42,174 bases of DNA from Octopus bimaculoides (GCF_001194135.2 NC_068981.1:117030035-117072208); one strand, 5' to 3'; counted from the first letter of the stretch, positions 12,781-25,354 are shown. Notes: generated by a model from the letters alone, not told the origin. Translations and numbers: made by a program.

Positions 12781-13689
12781 CAGTATATGCTTAACTCTTT
12801 CCTCGCACACTAAAAGAGGGGCTTCATTATACATAATCGACATAAGATATAATTTTTAGTCCGTAATCAACCATCATAAAGTAAACACAAAAGCAAACAT
12901 ATTCCTGCTGGGAATATATTTGTAAGTGACGCTTTGTTAGATAAATAAGTTTCTTACACAAACGGGTGCAGCAGAGCATGTAGAAAATGCAACATCTGGT
13001 ATAACCCATCTCTCGGTAGAAACAAAAATAATAAACGTAACAAAATTTGTTGCTCTAAACAGACATTTCCAAACCATCCGCACGCAGTACAAGTTGTTGT
13101 AAATGTCAGTTTCAGCTTGAAACAGAATGCAATGGTAGGAGAAAGGAGACTTGAATGCTCAAAGGAAATTGATTAGGAAAAACTACTATTAAGAAAACCA
13201 GCCTACATACACTGCCCAAAGCAACGTCACCTATATACTACTGAGAAATACAACATAACCGGACAAACTGTAAGCATAGTTTGATCCTTCTAGAGTAATT
13301 ACACTGAATCAATAGAGTCAAGAAAATGATAAATATGAGTAATACATCATCATCCTCCTCCTCATCATCATCATGTGCAGTTTGCTCTCACTATGTCCAT
13401 TACCATACATAGTTCTAATGCTTCTAATGGTTAACAACGACCGTTTCTATGATGATTAGTAGGCACAACAGGATTTGGTATATTCCCCAAAAACATACTC
13501 TGCCGACTTAGAAAGTTACACTTTGTATATGGTTATCCCGAGTCACCTGCATGCTGGAAAACCTGGCGTGAGAGTCATGGCTGGAATACATTTCATCATC
13601 AAGGATTAAATAGAAGCAACACATTGATTGTTGAGATATGATTTCAGATAGATCAAAGGCCAAGTGTATCAGGTGAGACATTGTGCCAA

Positions 13690-13830
13690 ATCACTGAGCT
13701 TACGCCATGACAAATACTGGCTCAAATCCTGGCGAGGTCAATTTTGTCTTCTATTCTTGTGGGGTCGATAAAATATGTAACAATAATGAAGTTGAAGTGA
13801 TTAACTAAACTCCAACCCCATAACACGTGA
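13690..13830 (+). mobile_element. Decayed OR-type SINE
   Basis: ggctcaaatcctggcgaggtcaattttgtcttctattcttgtggggtcgataaaata. Confidence 0.65.
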
Positions 13831-13896
13831 CTTGTATCCTACCTAACGATGATAATGATAATTGTGACAACTTTAACAATCATCACCATCGCCACC

Positions 13897-13942
<46 letters not shown>

Positions 13943-14186
13943 CCGCCGTGCGTATAAAGGCTTTTAGTTAACTTCAGAAGCAGGGGTAGTGTGTAGCATT
14001 TCCGGGAACAACTTATTCTTATTCATGCTAAACTGTAAACACGTGCGTATCCCTACCTAACGAACCGCACACGTGTCAAATACTAAACCCAATTCGACAT
14101 GCGTTACTTTTATGTACGCCTGCCTTTGATTCTATATATCTGGTTATGCTTGTCGCCGTTTGTAACACCAGCCTGTCTGAGTATTA

Positions 14187-14204
14187 TCTATCTATCTATC
14201 TATA

Positions 14205-14279
<75 letters not shown>

Positions 14280-14283
14280 ATCT
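14187..14283. repeat. (TATC)n microsatellite
   Basis: Direct reading. Confidence 0.95.
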
Positions 14284-14494
14284 ATATATATATATATAGC
14301 TATGTGTCTAACAGTTTATCTATCTGTCTAGCTGTCTGTTTGTCTATCTAGCTATGTCTGTCTCTCCCTCTCTCTCTCTCTCTCTGTATATATATATATA
14401 TAAATGAGGATAAGATCGATATTTAAATACCAATTTTATCAGGTGGCCAGCATGGTAATAAAAAAACATCAAAGTAATAATTATTTAAAATTAT

Positions 14495-16235
14495 AATTCA
14501 GGGTATTTAAGCCCTCATGCCATGAGTTCAACAAGGCACTTGCGCGCATGAAGCCGAGGAAAGCACCAGGACCAGACACCATCCCGTTTGAGTTTTTCAT
14601 GCACGGAGGTCCTGGGCTGATGCTCCTTATCCACAAGATCTGGGAAAGCAATGCCCATCCTGAACGACTTCCGCGATGCATCTACAAGATGCATCACCAT
14701 CTACAAGAAGGGAGACCGAGAGGATTGCAATAACTATCGGGACATCTGACTCCTAAGTATTGCAAGTAAGTTCTTCGTCTGTATCCTACTCAATCGTTTC
14801 CGCGTCCTCGTGGAAGACGTGCTCCGTCAACTCCATGAGAGCTGTTAGGAACAACAGCCTGCAATGTTCATCTTCTGGGGTCTAAAGAAAGCCTTTGACA
14901 AGGTCCCCCGTCCTGCAATGTGGACCGTCCTTGCTCGGGTTGGATGTCCGGAGGACTTTATTACCCTGGTCCGCTCCCTTCACGACGGCATGCTGGGTAG
15001 GGTATGCCACCAAAAATGCCCTCGCAGATCCATTTCTCTTCACTGGGGGTTAATGCAAAGATGCATCCAGGCACCAACCTGTTTCTCTTTGTACATGGCC
15101 GCCATGTTCAACGAAATCCCACGAGACTAACCTTCCATCAGCATGCGCTATCACTTTGATGGCGGACTCTTCAATATCGCACGTCTCCGTGAAAAGACGA
15201 GGACCTCCGCTATCTCAGGCCATGAGGTGCAGAATGCCGACAACAATACCAATCCGAGCCGGACCGCAGATAGCCTACAAAGGACGGCCGATCTTTACAA
15301 CGCGGCTTACGGATGCTTCGGGATGCAGGTAAATACATTAAAAACCAAGACATTAATCCAACCTGCACCAGGCCAAAACAGTCCACCCATAAACATTAGT
15401 ATCAACGGCCAACGCCTCGAAGTTGAACACTTCACATACCTTGGAAGTATCCTTTCGATGATCTCCACGTGTGAAAGGGATGTAGAGAACCGGATAGGGA
15501 GGCCCACTCCGCCTTCGGCAGACTCAGCCAACTTGTATTCTTCAATTGCGTGCTGACCATCCGGACAAAGATCATGGTCTTCCGTACCATTGTCCTGTCA
15601 ACTTTACTCTACTCTTGTAAGACTTGGAAGTTGTACCGCTGTGACTTCAAGCGCTTTGAATGCTTCCAGCAATCGAAGCTACGACGGATCCTCAACATAC
15701 AATGGGAAGATCACGCTACCAACAACGAGGTTCTTCGCCGCGCCTCACTACCAAGTGTCGAAGCCACCATTCTTCGCCATCGTCTCCGCTGGGCAGGTCA
15801 CGTCCAGCGTATGGAGCCCTTTCGTGTCAAAAGTATCATGCTCTACGGAGAAATTGCAATCGGAGAAAGACTCAGCGGAGGTCCGCAATTCCGTTTTAAA
15901 GACCAATTCAAACGTACCTTGGCTCAAGCTAACATCCAACCATCCCCAAGGGAACATATTGCTACGGATAGGGCAGCCTGGAAGACTGCTACTCGCAATG
16001 GAGCCAGATCCTTCGAGCAGAACAGACAGTAGAATAAGTATGCAAAAATGAAGGAGAAGAAAGGAGCATTTTCTACATCCTAGACCTGCACCGACCATCC
16101 CGTCGAGTTCTTCCCACGACTCTTTCACCACCGACTTGGACTCCAATGTTAATTTCGGCACAAACATCAGCCGAGGAGACTGGATGGAAACTGACGAACC
16201 CAATGCTCGGATACAAACTAGAGCCGACTATGTAT
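14495..16235 (+). mobile_element. 5'-truncated RTE-clade LINE, RT pseudogene plus C-terminal region and 3' UTR
   Basis: KAPGPDTIP, NYRDI*LLSIASK, LKKAFDKVPR, DGGLFNIARL, QNADN (decayed YADD), VNTLKTK, FTYLGS, LLYSCKTW, LRRILNIQWED, RLRWAGHVQRM and RFKD..K, with multiple frameshifts and stops. Confidence 0.92.
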
Positions 16236-16237
16236 GA

Positions 16238-16295
16238 TAATCGATTTACCCCACCTCCAAAATTTTCCTGACCATGCGCCAAAATTTGAAACTGT
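16238..16295 (+). mobile_element. 3' tail fragment of an OR-type SINE abutting the LINE 3' end
   Basis: aatcgatttaccccacctccaaaattttcctgaccatgcgccaaaatttgaaac matches the tails at 22400-22455 and 19502-19560. Confidence 0.7.
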
Positions 16296-19080
16296 TATTG
16301 CAACTGCTTTTTATGCTGTTATTACAACGGCGGAATGTTCTGAGTGGTACGTTTCCTTCTGGGATCTGAGCTCAATGGATTAATCTTTAGCAACATTTTA
16401 TTGACACGTTCTCAGCTGGAGTTCAAAGAGCATCCGAAGACAGAGTTACTCGGTCGTAAACGGGAATATTATGGGAAGTTCACACTTAATAACAACTATA
16501 TCCACAGTTGCCCTGTATCATAGATCAGTAGAGATCTGACTGGAAGTTTGCCGTTCATTGAACAGCGCGTCCGTTGCCAACTACCTTCTCAACTCCAGTT
16601 ATTTTTAAGAATCCAATATCAAAAATCCTCGATGCAGGCATTAACATATGCACAATTAAGTTTTACAATACGATTGGGATGTGCATGTTACAAGTTTAAT
16701 ACTCTTGTTGTGAAGTAGACAGGTTAACTGTCGGAACCAAGACATCTGGTACTTCTTTCGGTAAGTGAGGTATTTTATATATTCAACTATTTCAACTCGT
16801 CTACAACGTGGCAAACAAAGAAGAATTACATGTGTGCCTATTGTAATTTGTTTTCTCTTTAATAAGCAATATTGGGGGGAAGTTCACACTTAATAACGGG
16901 GCTGAAATGTGTCGTTCTGAAAACCACTGGAATAAATAGGTGAAAGAGTGAAAGAGTGGAAGCGAAGGAGAGAGAAAGAGAGAGATTTTCAACTGTCGAC
17001 CAGAAGTCAGAGATGCAGATAAAAGATAAAGGATGATGGAAGGAAGTGTGAGAGAGAGACTGAGTAATCAACTAAGAGTATCGAGGAACGAGAACGATTG
17101 AGCTAAACAATAACGAAATGTAATGGGAGCAGTAACACGATAAAATATGTCACATATGCTGAGTAAATGATATGTAAAGAGAATAACAGAGATGAAGAGA
17201 TAAAAGGAGATATATGTATATTTGTAGTGAAGTTATAAGATTATGTGACTATCATGTGTTTGTGCGTGTGTGTGCGTGTGCGTGTGTGTGTGCGTGTGCG
17301 TGTGCGTGTGCATGTGCGTGTGCGTGTGCATGTGCGTGTGCGCGCGCGCCTCTGTGTGTGTGTGTGTGTACATTGAAATAAATTCGTATTTTCAATTGGA
17401 GATATCAAATAGGCAAGGAAGTGATTATAAAACGATGAGAAATGGATGAGCAGTATTTATTAAAAGACAGAATTATAGATATACATGGAAGGAGAGCGAA
17501 ACAAATGAAATAGAATATACGAGTTTCTTGACAATAAAAGAAAAACGTGAACGGAAGAACTATGAGAAAAGACGTGAAGTGCAGATATTTCAAATATTCA
17601 ACGGACCATCGTAAGTGAAGTGATAGAAGAAATATTCAAATACTACGTAAATTCTTTGACTTAGAAACTCGGAAATAAAATGAAGTTTTTCACAAGAAGA
17701 AGTCAATGCATGACGTGAATTATCAATAAGAAAAATTAGTAGTTTGAGGCAGAAAAGAAATTAAAATTTACTGAAAGGAAACAGATATGGGCACTATTAT
17801 TTCTGATGGGCACCGCACTGCTATATGTGTGTGTGTGTGTGTGTGTGTACACACATATATATATGCATACATGTATATATGCATACAGACACACACATAC
17901 TATATGTATGATTGTCTTCATGAACACTTAGTTAGTTAATCATTAACAGTGTTAACATGAGCGTCATTTCTACAGTCAGGAAAGCGGGCTCACGATAGTA
18001 TCCATAATTAACATACAAGATAAAATTACAATCAGGCAAACGACCGACTTTTCGCTTCCTTTACGAAATGAAAAATTTTTATATGCTAATAACACCACAC
18101 ATAAAGATAAACAGATATTGATCAGAGAGTTTTATTGTCATTTTTGTGGTTACTGTCATCACTAGCCTATATATGTACATACATACACACGTATATATAT
18201 ATATATACACGCATACATATACATATACATACCACAGTAATCACATAAACGCGAAACAAGGTGAAAAAAATAGTACTCGAATACCAGAGGTAGAGTAATA
18301 TGTATGTATAACGTTATTGAAGTTTCAGTTTAGTTAAAAAGTATTTTATATTATATTTGTATTCCATACCCTGGGTGGGGATTTTGCATATAGAAACTAT
18401 TTCTCACAGTTGCAATGTTATGGATGAACGATTCATTCGATAGCCTTTATCATTAAATCCTTTATGTATTTTCAACCGATCGGGTTCATCAAAATACAGA
18501 ATAAATCCACATCTCAAGTGATTGTGTTTAACCAAGTATTATTTTTATTTATGCACCCTTTTAAAGCCTAGCCAGGCTCATGGGCCCGATTTCCCGGTTT
18601 CTATGGCGTATGTGTTTTTTGTATCTGGCTTACTTCTTTATTGTATCTGGCTTGCAAGATTCTCTATGTGAATTCGTGTGTTAAAGCAAAGTATACTGTG
18701 GCTGGGGACAGTCATTGTCTTAATGCCTTATTATCTAATACACTCACCAGTTCGATTTCCACTCATTTATTATTATTTATACATTTTTCTTCCAAAATTT
18801 TCGTTACCTTTTGCAACCTTGCCAATGGATGTTGACTCAGTCCGTTATTGGAGCTGCGTCCTTATTTTGTCTGTTTGTGCGCTTGTGTGCAAGTTAGTGT
18901 GCATGTGTGCTTGTGCATGCACATATGCATGTATTTATGTATGTATGTATGTATGCATGCATGCATGCACGTACGTATGTATGTGTGTGTATGCATATAT
19001 GCGTGTGTGTACACATGTATGTATGTATATATCTATCTGTTTATCTATCTATTCTGCATATTCATGTGTCTGTGTGTGCA

Positions 19081-19130
<50 letters not shown>

Positions 19131-19169
19131 TGTTGTTTTGTTTTGCTGATTTTAACACTGTGAACTGTC

Positions 19170-19340
19170 AGAATCATTAGTACGTCGCACAAAATGTTCA
19201 GTGGCATTTCTTCCCAGAACTTTATTCGTGAATTCCGAGCTCAGATTTTGCCGAGGTTGATTTTACTTTTTCGGCTTTAGGAGTCGATAAAATAAAAGCC
19301 AGTCGAGTATTTGGATCGATTACATCGACTTGCTCCTTGA
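19170..19340 (+). mobile_element. Decayed OR-type SINE
   Basis: gaatcattagtacgtcgcacaaaatg...gccgaggttgatttt...ggagtcgataaaataaaagccag. Confidence 0.75.
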
Positions 19341-19501
19341 CTCTAAAATGACTGAGCTCGTGCCAAGGTTTAAAACAATTATTCTGATTGTATTGTGGTA
19401 ATACTTCAAATAATCTTTGTCAATCATATTGACATAAGTACTTACATAAACCGGGAACTATTTTATAGACTCCGAAAATCGAATTGCTAAGTTACAATAT
19501 T

Positions 19502-19709
19502 GGTTTCAAATTTTGGTACATGACCAGCACGTTTGGGAGAGGGGGTAAGTTCATTACATCAAACCCAGTGTTCAACCTGTACTTATTTTATCGACCCCGA
19601 AGGATGAAAGGCAAGGTCAACCTTGGCGGAATTTGAGCCCAGAACGTAAAGACAGACGAAAGGCGTTAAGAATTTTGCCCTGCGTGCTATCGAATCTGCC
19701 AGCTCGCCC
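19502..19709 (-). mobile_element. OR-type SINE, copy 1 of the tandem cluster (tail ...ccaaaatttgaaacc)
   Basis: Full head (gggcgagctggcag), central GCCTTTCATCCTTCGGGGTCGATAAA domain and tail ending at AATATT. Confidence 0.92.
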
Positions 19710-19729
19710 TTTTATGCTGTTACAATATT

Positions 19730-19957
19730 CTTTTCTACTCTAGGTACAAGCTCCGAATTTTTTTTGGTGTGGGGGGTATATGGGGGTAAGTCGATTAAAT
19801 TGACACCAGTACGCAACCGGTACTTTAATTTATCAACCTCGAAAGGATGAAAGGCAAAGTCAACCTCGACGGAATTTGAACTCAGATCATAAAGACTGAC
19901 GAAATGCCCCATAGCATTTCGCCCGGCGTGCTAACGTTTCTGCCATCTCGCTGCCTT
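19730..19957 (-). mobile_element. OR-type SINE, copy 2 (tail ...gtacctagagtagaaaag)
   Basis: Same head and central domain with a different 3' tail. Confidence 0.92.
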
Positions 19958-20010
19958 AAAATGGCTAATATTGTTACACATATTTTGACTGAAGAAGCTG
20001 TTACAATATT

Positions 20011-20239
20011 TATTTATTGCCCACAGGGGGCTAAACATAGAGGGGATAAACAAGGGCAGTCAAAGGGTTTAAGTCGATTACATCGACCTCAGTGCGTAAC
20101 TGGTACTTATTTAATCAATCCCGAAAGGATGAAAGGCAAAGTCGTCCTCGACGGAGTTTGAAATCTGGGCGTAACGGTAGACGAAATACCACTAAGCATT
20201 TCACCCGACGTGCTAACGTTTCTGCCAGCTCGCGGCCTT
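20011..20239 (-). mobile_element. OR-type SINE, copy 3 (tail ...tttagccccctgtgggcaataaata)
   Basis: Same head and central domain with a third tail type. Confidence 0.92.
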
Positions 20240-20254
20240 AAAATGGCTAATATT

Positions 20255-20467
20255 ATTTTCTACTCTAGGTACAAGGCCTAAAATTTTGGGGTAGGGGGAT
20301 AGTCAATAAGATCGACCCAGTACGCAACTGGTTATTAATTTATCGACCCCGAAAGGATGTAAGGCAAAGTCGACGTCGACGGAATTTGAACTCAGAACGT
20401 AATGGCAGACGAAACACCGCTAAGCATTTCACCCGGCGTGCTAACGTTTCTGCCAGTTCATCACCTT
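20255..20467 (-). mobile_element. OR-type SINE, copy 4 (tail ...gtacctagagtagaaaat)
   Basis: Flanked by the direct repeat AAAATGGCTAATATT (20240-20254 / 20468-20482). Confidence 0.92.
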
Positions 20468-20808
20468 AAAATGGCTAATATTGTAACACATATTTTGACT
20501 AAAGAAGTTGTTACAATATTGACGGGAAATAACGTTCCTCAACGCATCAATTTTAATAGTAAGCATACACAGCATGTGTATTGTATGCATATATTTAAAT
20601 TGGATGATGTATAAATATAGATGACTCCACAATTTCGTCTCCCTGCACAGCACTTTGGGCAAGCATCTTCTACAGTAGTTCCGGTGACTGATCAATATTT
20701 TAAGAGGAATTTCGTAGAGACAAACGATGTAGTCTACTATGTATGTATGTGCGTGTGCCGGTGTGTGTGCGTGCGTGTGTATGCGTGTGTATGCATGTGT
20801 GTACATAA

Positions 20809-21009
<201 letters not shown>

Positions 21010-21265
21010 TGTATATATACATATATACAAACATACACACGCATACACACGCACACATGCACACAGTGCGCGCGCACGCACACACACAAACACACACACA
21101 CACATACATGCTCATATATCATAAGAATTTAGAAAGTCTGAGAGAACGTGAAATATTTTTTTAAATTAAAGAACTCGATTTTTCTTACACAGGTTTCTAA
21201 CCAAATATTGACATGCTATTATTTATAGTACTCTATATTTCGATGTAAATACATACATACATACA

Positions 21266-21299
<34 letters not shown>

Positions 21300-21383
21300 C
21301 ATACATACATACATGCATACATATTTATATATATATGTGTGTCTGTGTGTGTTTTTGTATCTATCAGTCTATCTATTTATCTT

Positions 21384-21424
<41 letters not shown>

Positions 21425-21832
21425 TACTTCCAACAGCTTGATTCACCTGCACGTGACTTAGTTTCTAAAAGAATCCCGCGACTCGTTCGGGCTTTGATTC
21501 CGTGATTGAAGAAACACTGAAAGTCCAACATGGCTACAAAAAAAAAAAAAGATAATGGGCTGCTATTGGTGAAGGAGGGTCGCATGGTGTTGTTAGACGT
21601 GAGATCGACATTTCAACGACACTAGCTGCAATAGAAAGGGAGAATTTCTTGGACCGTATGACTGGACAAAAAATGGTGGCGTCTTGCTGTTTGGGAAGTT
21701 GACAGAAGCAAGGCCGGCGAATGAGTTCGTGCTAATACGTGTGTGTTTAATGCCTGCTATATACATGTGCGAATATATACATACATATATGTATATATCT
21801 ACATATATAAATATATACATTTATACATATAA

Positions 21833-21833
21833 C

Positions 21834-21877
<44 letters not shown>

Positions 21878-21943
21878 GTAGATAGATAGATAGATTGATT
21901 GATAGACAGACAGACAGATAGATAGATAGATAGACAGAGAGAT

Positions 21944-21995
<52 letters not shown>
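21833..21995. repeat. (GATA)n microsatellite
   Basis: Direct reading. Confidence 0.95.
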
Positions 21996-22237
21996 GTATA
22001 GTCATACACATAAACAATATATATGCGCATGAACGCGTGCGTGTATATGCGGCAGCTTTTCTTTCAAACAGTCAAGATTTTATTGGAGTTTAATGGCGGA
22101 GGAGGGGTGTAATTTTACGTATTTAACCTTTACGTTTTGCTCGGACTAATATTGTTGCTAAACCCATCGCCCAATCAGAGTTTCACAACTTCGCCGATCA
22201 CATCATCAGTTATGTTAATAATGGAGTGTTGTAAAAA

Positions 22238-22460
22238 GAGGTGAGCAGACAGAATCCTTAGCACGCCAGGAAGATTGCTTAGCGGCATTTCGTCCATCTT
22301 ACGTAATGAGTTCAAATTTCACCGAGGCCGACTTTGTCTTTTATCCTTTCGGGGTCGATAAAGTAATTATCAGTTGAGCACTAGGGTCAATCTAATCGAC
22401 TTACCTCCACTCACTCCCTGCCCGAATTTGCTGGTCTTATGCCAAAATTTGAATCTAGTA
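22238..22460 (+). mobile_element. OR-type tRNA-derived SINE
   Basis: gagttcaaatttcaccgaggccgactttgtcttttatcctttcggggtcgataaag...gccaaaatttgaa. Confidence 0.9.
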
Positions 22461-23203
22461 ATGAGCCTGTAGCCTTACGCCACTAAAGAATCATGGTAAT
22501 ATTAATAAAATAGTCGTTACTGGATTTAACAAAAGCACAAAAGAGCAAACCACAGAATGTACTTCAGATATGGGAAAGTTGTTGACTCTAGGACTATTCT
22601 TTCGTCCGTTGATTATGTATTTACAACTATGAGCTATAGCAAATCGTTATAATACTATATACGAAGTATAGAAAAAGAAAAATATTAGATGACACCATCA
22701 TAATTCCAAACAGAATTACATACCTATAAACATAACAAACTTCAAACTATAAATCAATGCAAATATATTACGCATAAATCAAGAAATCTACAAAGACTTA
22801 ATCTTTGTATAATAATATTTCATTCGGGAATTAACGCTTTTAGCAGTTAAGACAGTATTCCCAATATCCATTGCGACATATGACATAGCGCGCAGACAGC
22901 ATGCAATAGTTATCATCATTTTATTTTGATAATGAATCCAGCAAGTTATTGACTCGTTAATGGACAAATTGATTTAGGAACATTGTTGTTTCAGACCAAA
23001 CATTTAGAACCAAAATTGAAATTTCAAGGAAGAAGAAAACTTTAATAATGAATATTAAAATTAATTATAGTCGTCTATCCCTAACATAACATTCACACAT
23101 ACATACATACAGGCACACACACGTATGCATATCGTATATATTATATACATATTCCTATGTGTGTGTGTGTGTGTATTTGTGGCATGTATGCATTTATACA
23201 TAC

Positions 23204-23241
<38 letters not shown>

Positions 23242-23664
23242 GTGCACTTATATATAAAGTACGTGTGTCTATATTCAGTTTCTATGAAGAATGTCGCACC
23301 CCACACGCTGATAAGAAGAATGTGCATGAATACTATGTGTATGTCACTATAATTGTGCTGCAAGATGTATGCGTGATTGTTTGTTTAGACGACATGAAGG
23401 TCGCCCAACTTTCCGACTGTGTTCTTATATATTATTTGCTTTTGTTGTTTGTTTCTATATTTTATTAATTTTTGCCAGTGTGTTTCTATATTTATCGGCC
23501 ATAAAACAAAATTGAATGAGAAATATATAAAAGAAGAAAGGAGTTTGAAAAGGGTCCAAATGTATTCAAAGCTAAGCGTATTCAGCTTTTATTTGAGCTT
23601 TATTTTCTTTCTTCCATTATTGTTTCTTTTTCTTCTGACAGAATAATAGTTAATAGTTTAAGTC

Positions 23665-23775
23665 ATTGCCAATAGAGTGGGCGGAGGAATGAGATAGAAA
23701 AAGTAGAAATAAAAAAAAGGATAAATATATAACTCCTACAAACCATTGGCGATGGCTTTGTGTGTTCGTCAGTCA
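23665..23775 (+). promoter_or_regulatory. Candidate Pol II core promoter
   Basis: CCAAT 23669, GGGCGG 23679, TATATAA 23726, reverse CCAAT 23745 and Inr-like TCAGTC 23769, followed by a CT-rich UTR-like tract. The TATA-Inr spacing (45 nt) is non-canonical. Confidence 0.3.
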
Positions 23776-24023
23776 CTCACTGAGAGGGAGACAACCGTCG
23801 GCTTTAAGTCAAAGACACCTACTGTCTTCTCACTGCGTCAGACTTCGCTTTTTTCCTTCGTTTCCTTCCCACGCCTTTCTATATATTTTCGCCCAGTCTT
23901 TCACTTTCTCTTTCTGTTTTTCCTTTTTCTCGCTCTCTCCCACTCACTCCCCTTGCATATAGACACATACATAGATATACGCGTATGTGTTAGTGTGCAC
24001 GTGTGTGTATGTATGTATCTTTG

Positions 24024-24066
<43 letters not shown>

Positions 24067-24394
24067 CGAGAGAGAGAGAGAGGAGAGAGAGATATAAGTG
24101 TATATTTGTGTATAGCTTATAGTGTGTGTGTCTGTGTGTCCCGTTTTCCTTTCGTTAATTTTTTGAGTGGGGGTGGGGGGTTGCCTCTTTAAATCTTAAA
24201 TCTGAAGCTTACTCTTCACCTCTCACACTCTGCCTATATTTTTTCTTCACCATTGTGTTTTCCTTTACTTCTTTATTTATTTATTTAGCTTAGACGACCC
24301 CACGGGCAAAAATGAGGCCACCTATGTTTACGATTCTAAAGTTTGGTAAAGGCATTGTCAGAGAGAATAGGTGGCCTCTGTCATTCACACATAG

Positions 24395-24570
24395 ACCCCC
24401 ATTGTCATCATCACCACTATCAACATCACGACCATCTTTCATCATCACCATCATCATCCTGACCATCATCAGCAGCAGCAGCAGCATCACCACCAACAAC
24501 ACAATCGTTGGTGTTGGGGTCGCCGTCGATGTCATCCTCCTCCTCCTCCTCCTCATCATCATAAACATCA
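24395..24570. repeat. Degenerate CAT/CAG/CCT trinucleotide low-complexity tract
   Basis: Mixed triplet runs. The His/Gln frame contains stops. Confidence 0.8.
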
Positions 24571-25082
24571 TGAAATTCATTCTTAAAATCCTACATTGAC
24601 AACAACGCATTAACAATATAGTCTCCTAGCATTCGCTGGATGAAGTTCACCACCCAAAGTCTTAGATATGGAATGAAAGATTGGATAATGCAGCAACAGT
24701 TACGTTTGCTCAGACAAAAGACGGGAATTTCACATTATACGTCTGCTCGATCAGATCTTACTTGACGTTACACAACAACAACAATAGCAATAACAGTATG
24801 AAATTCATTGTCAACAACGTCATGTGAAACATGATTTTCATTGGCGATCGTGATGATCTTCCCAGTCATCGTATGTTTCTTGCTCATTCTAATCATTACC
24901 ATAAAAGACAAGGTCTTCATTATAATAATCATCAATTCCACGAAGAACAAATATGGCATTGGCATTAAAGTGCTGGTGACCTCGTCATCGTTGAAATGAC
25001 CTGGCACAACTGGAAAGTAATAATAGGAGATTCATAACTTTACCAGATTTTAAGATTTTATTGTGAGCTAATGAGATACAAT

Positions 25083-25228
25083 GAATGTGGCTCCGTGCTA
25101 AGAAGTTTTTTTCCCAACCACAAGACTCTGGGTTCAGTTTCACTACGGGACACTTTCGGCAAGTGTCTTCTACTATAGCCTCAGGCCAATCAAAGCCTTG
25201 GGAGTGGATTTGCCAGACGGAAACTCTC

Positions 25229-25266
<38 letters not shown>

Positions 25267-25333
25267 TAGGTATGTGTGTGTGTGCGCAGGCACCCCAGCA
25301 TGGCCGCCGTCAAATGACTGAAACAAGTAAATG
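25083..25333 (+). mobile_element. OK-type tRNA-derived SINE, internally deleted with microsatellite
   Basis: ggcaagtgtcttctactatagcctcaggccaatcaaagccttgggagtggatttgccagacggaaact...ccagcatggccgccgtcaaatgactgaaacaagtaaa. Confidence 0.88.
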
Positions 25334-25354
25334 ATTAATATATATATATATATA

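Noticed and set aside
16184-16215. CTGACGA in the RTE 3' region
   Set aside because: No downstream GAAA core.
16718-16766. 38-nt exon candidate with a GTAAGT donor
   Set aside because: Poor acceptor (upstream AGs, no pyrimidine tract) and no compatible partner exon identified.
22205-22255. Minus-strand CTGATGA...GAAAC spacing
   Set aside because: The intervening sequence cannot form stem II and there is no stem I.
24290-24616. His/Gln/Pro-rich or hydrophobic ORFs resembling a transcription factor or membrane protein
   Set aside because: Degenerate triplet repeat. The His/Gln frame is broken by stops and there is no domain.
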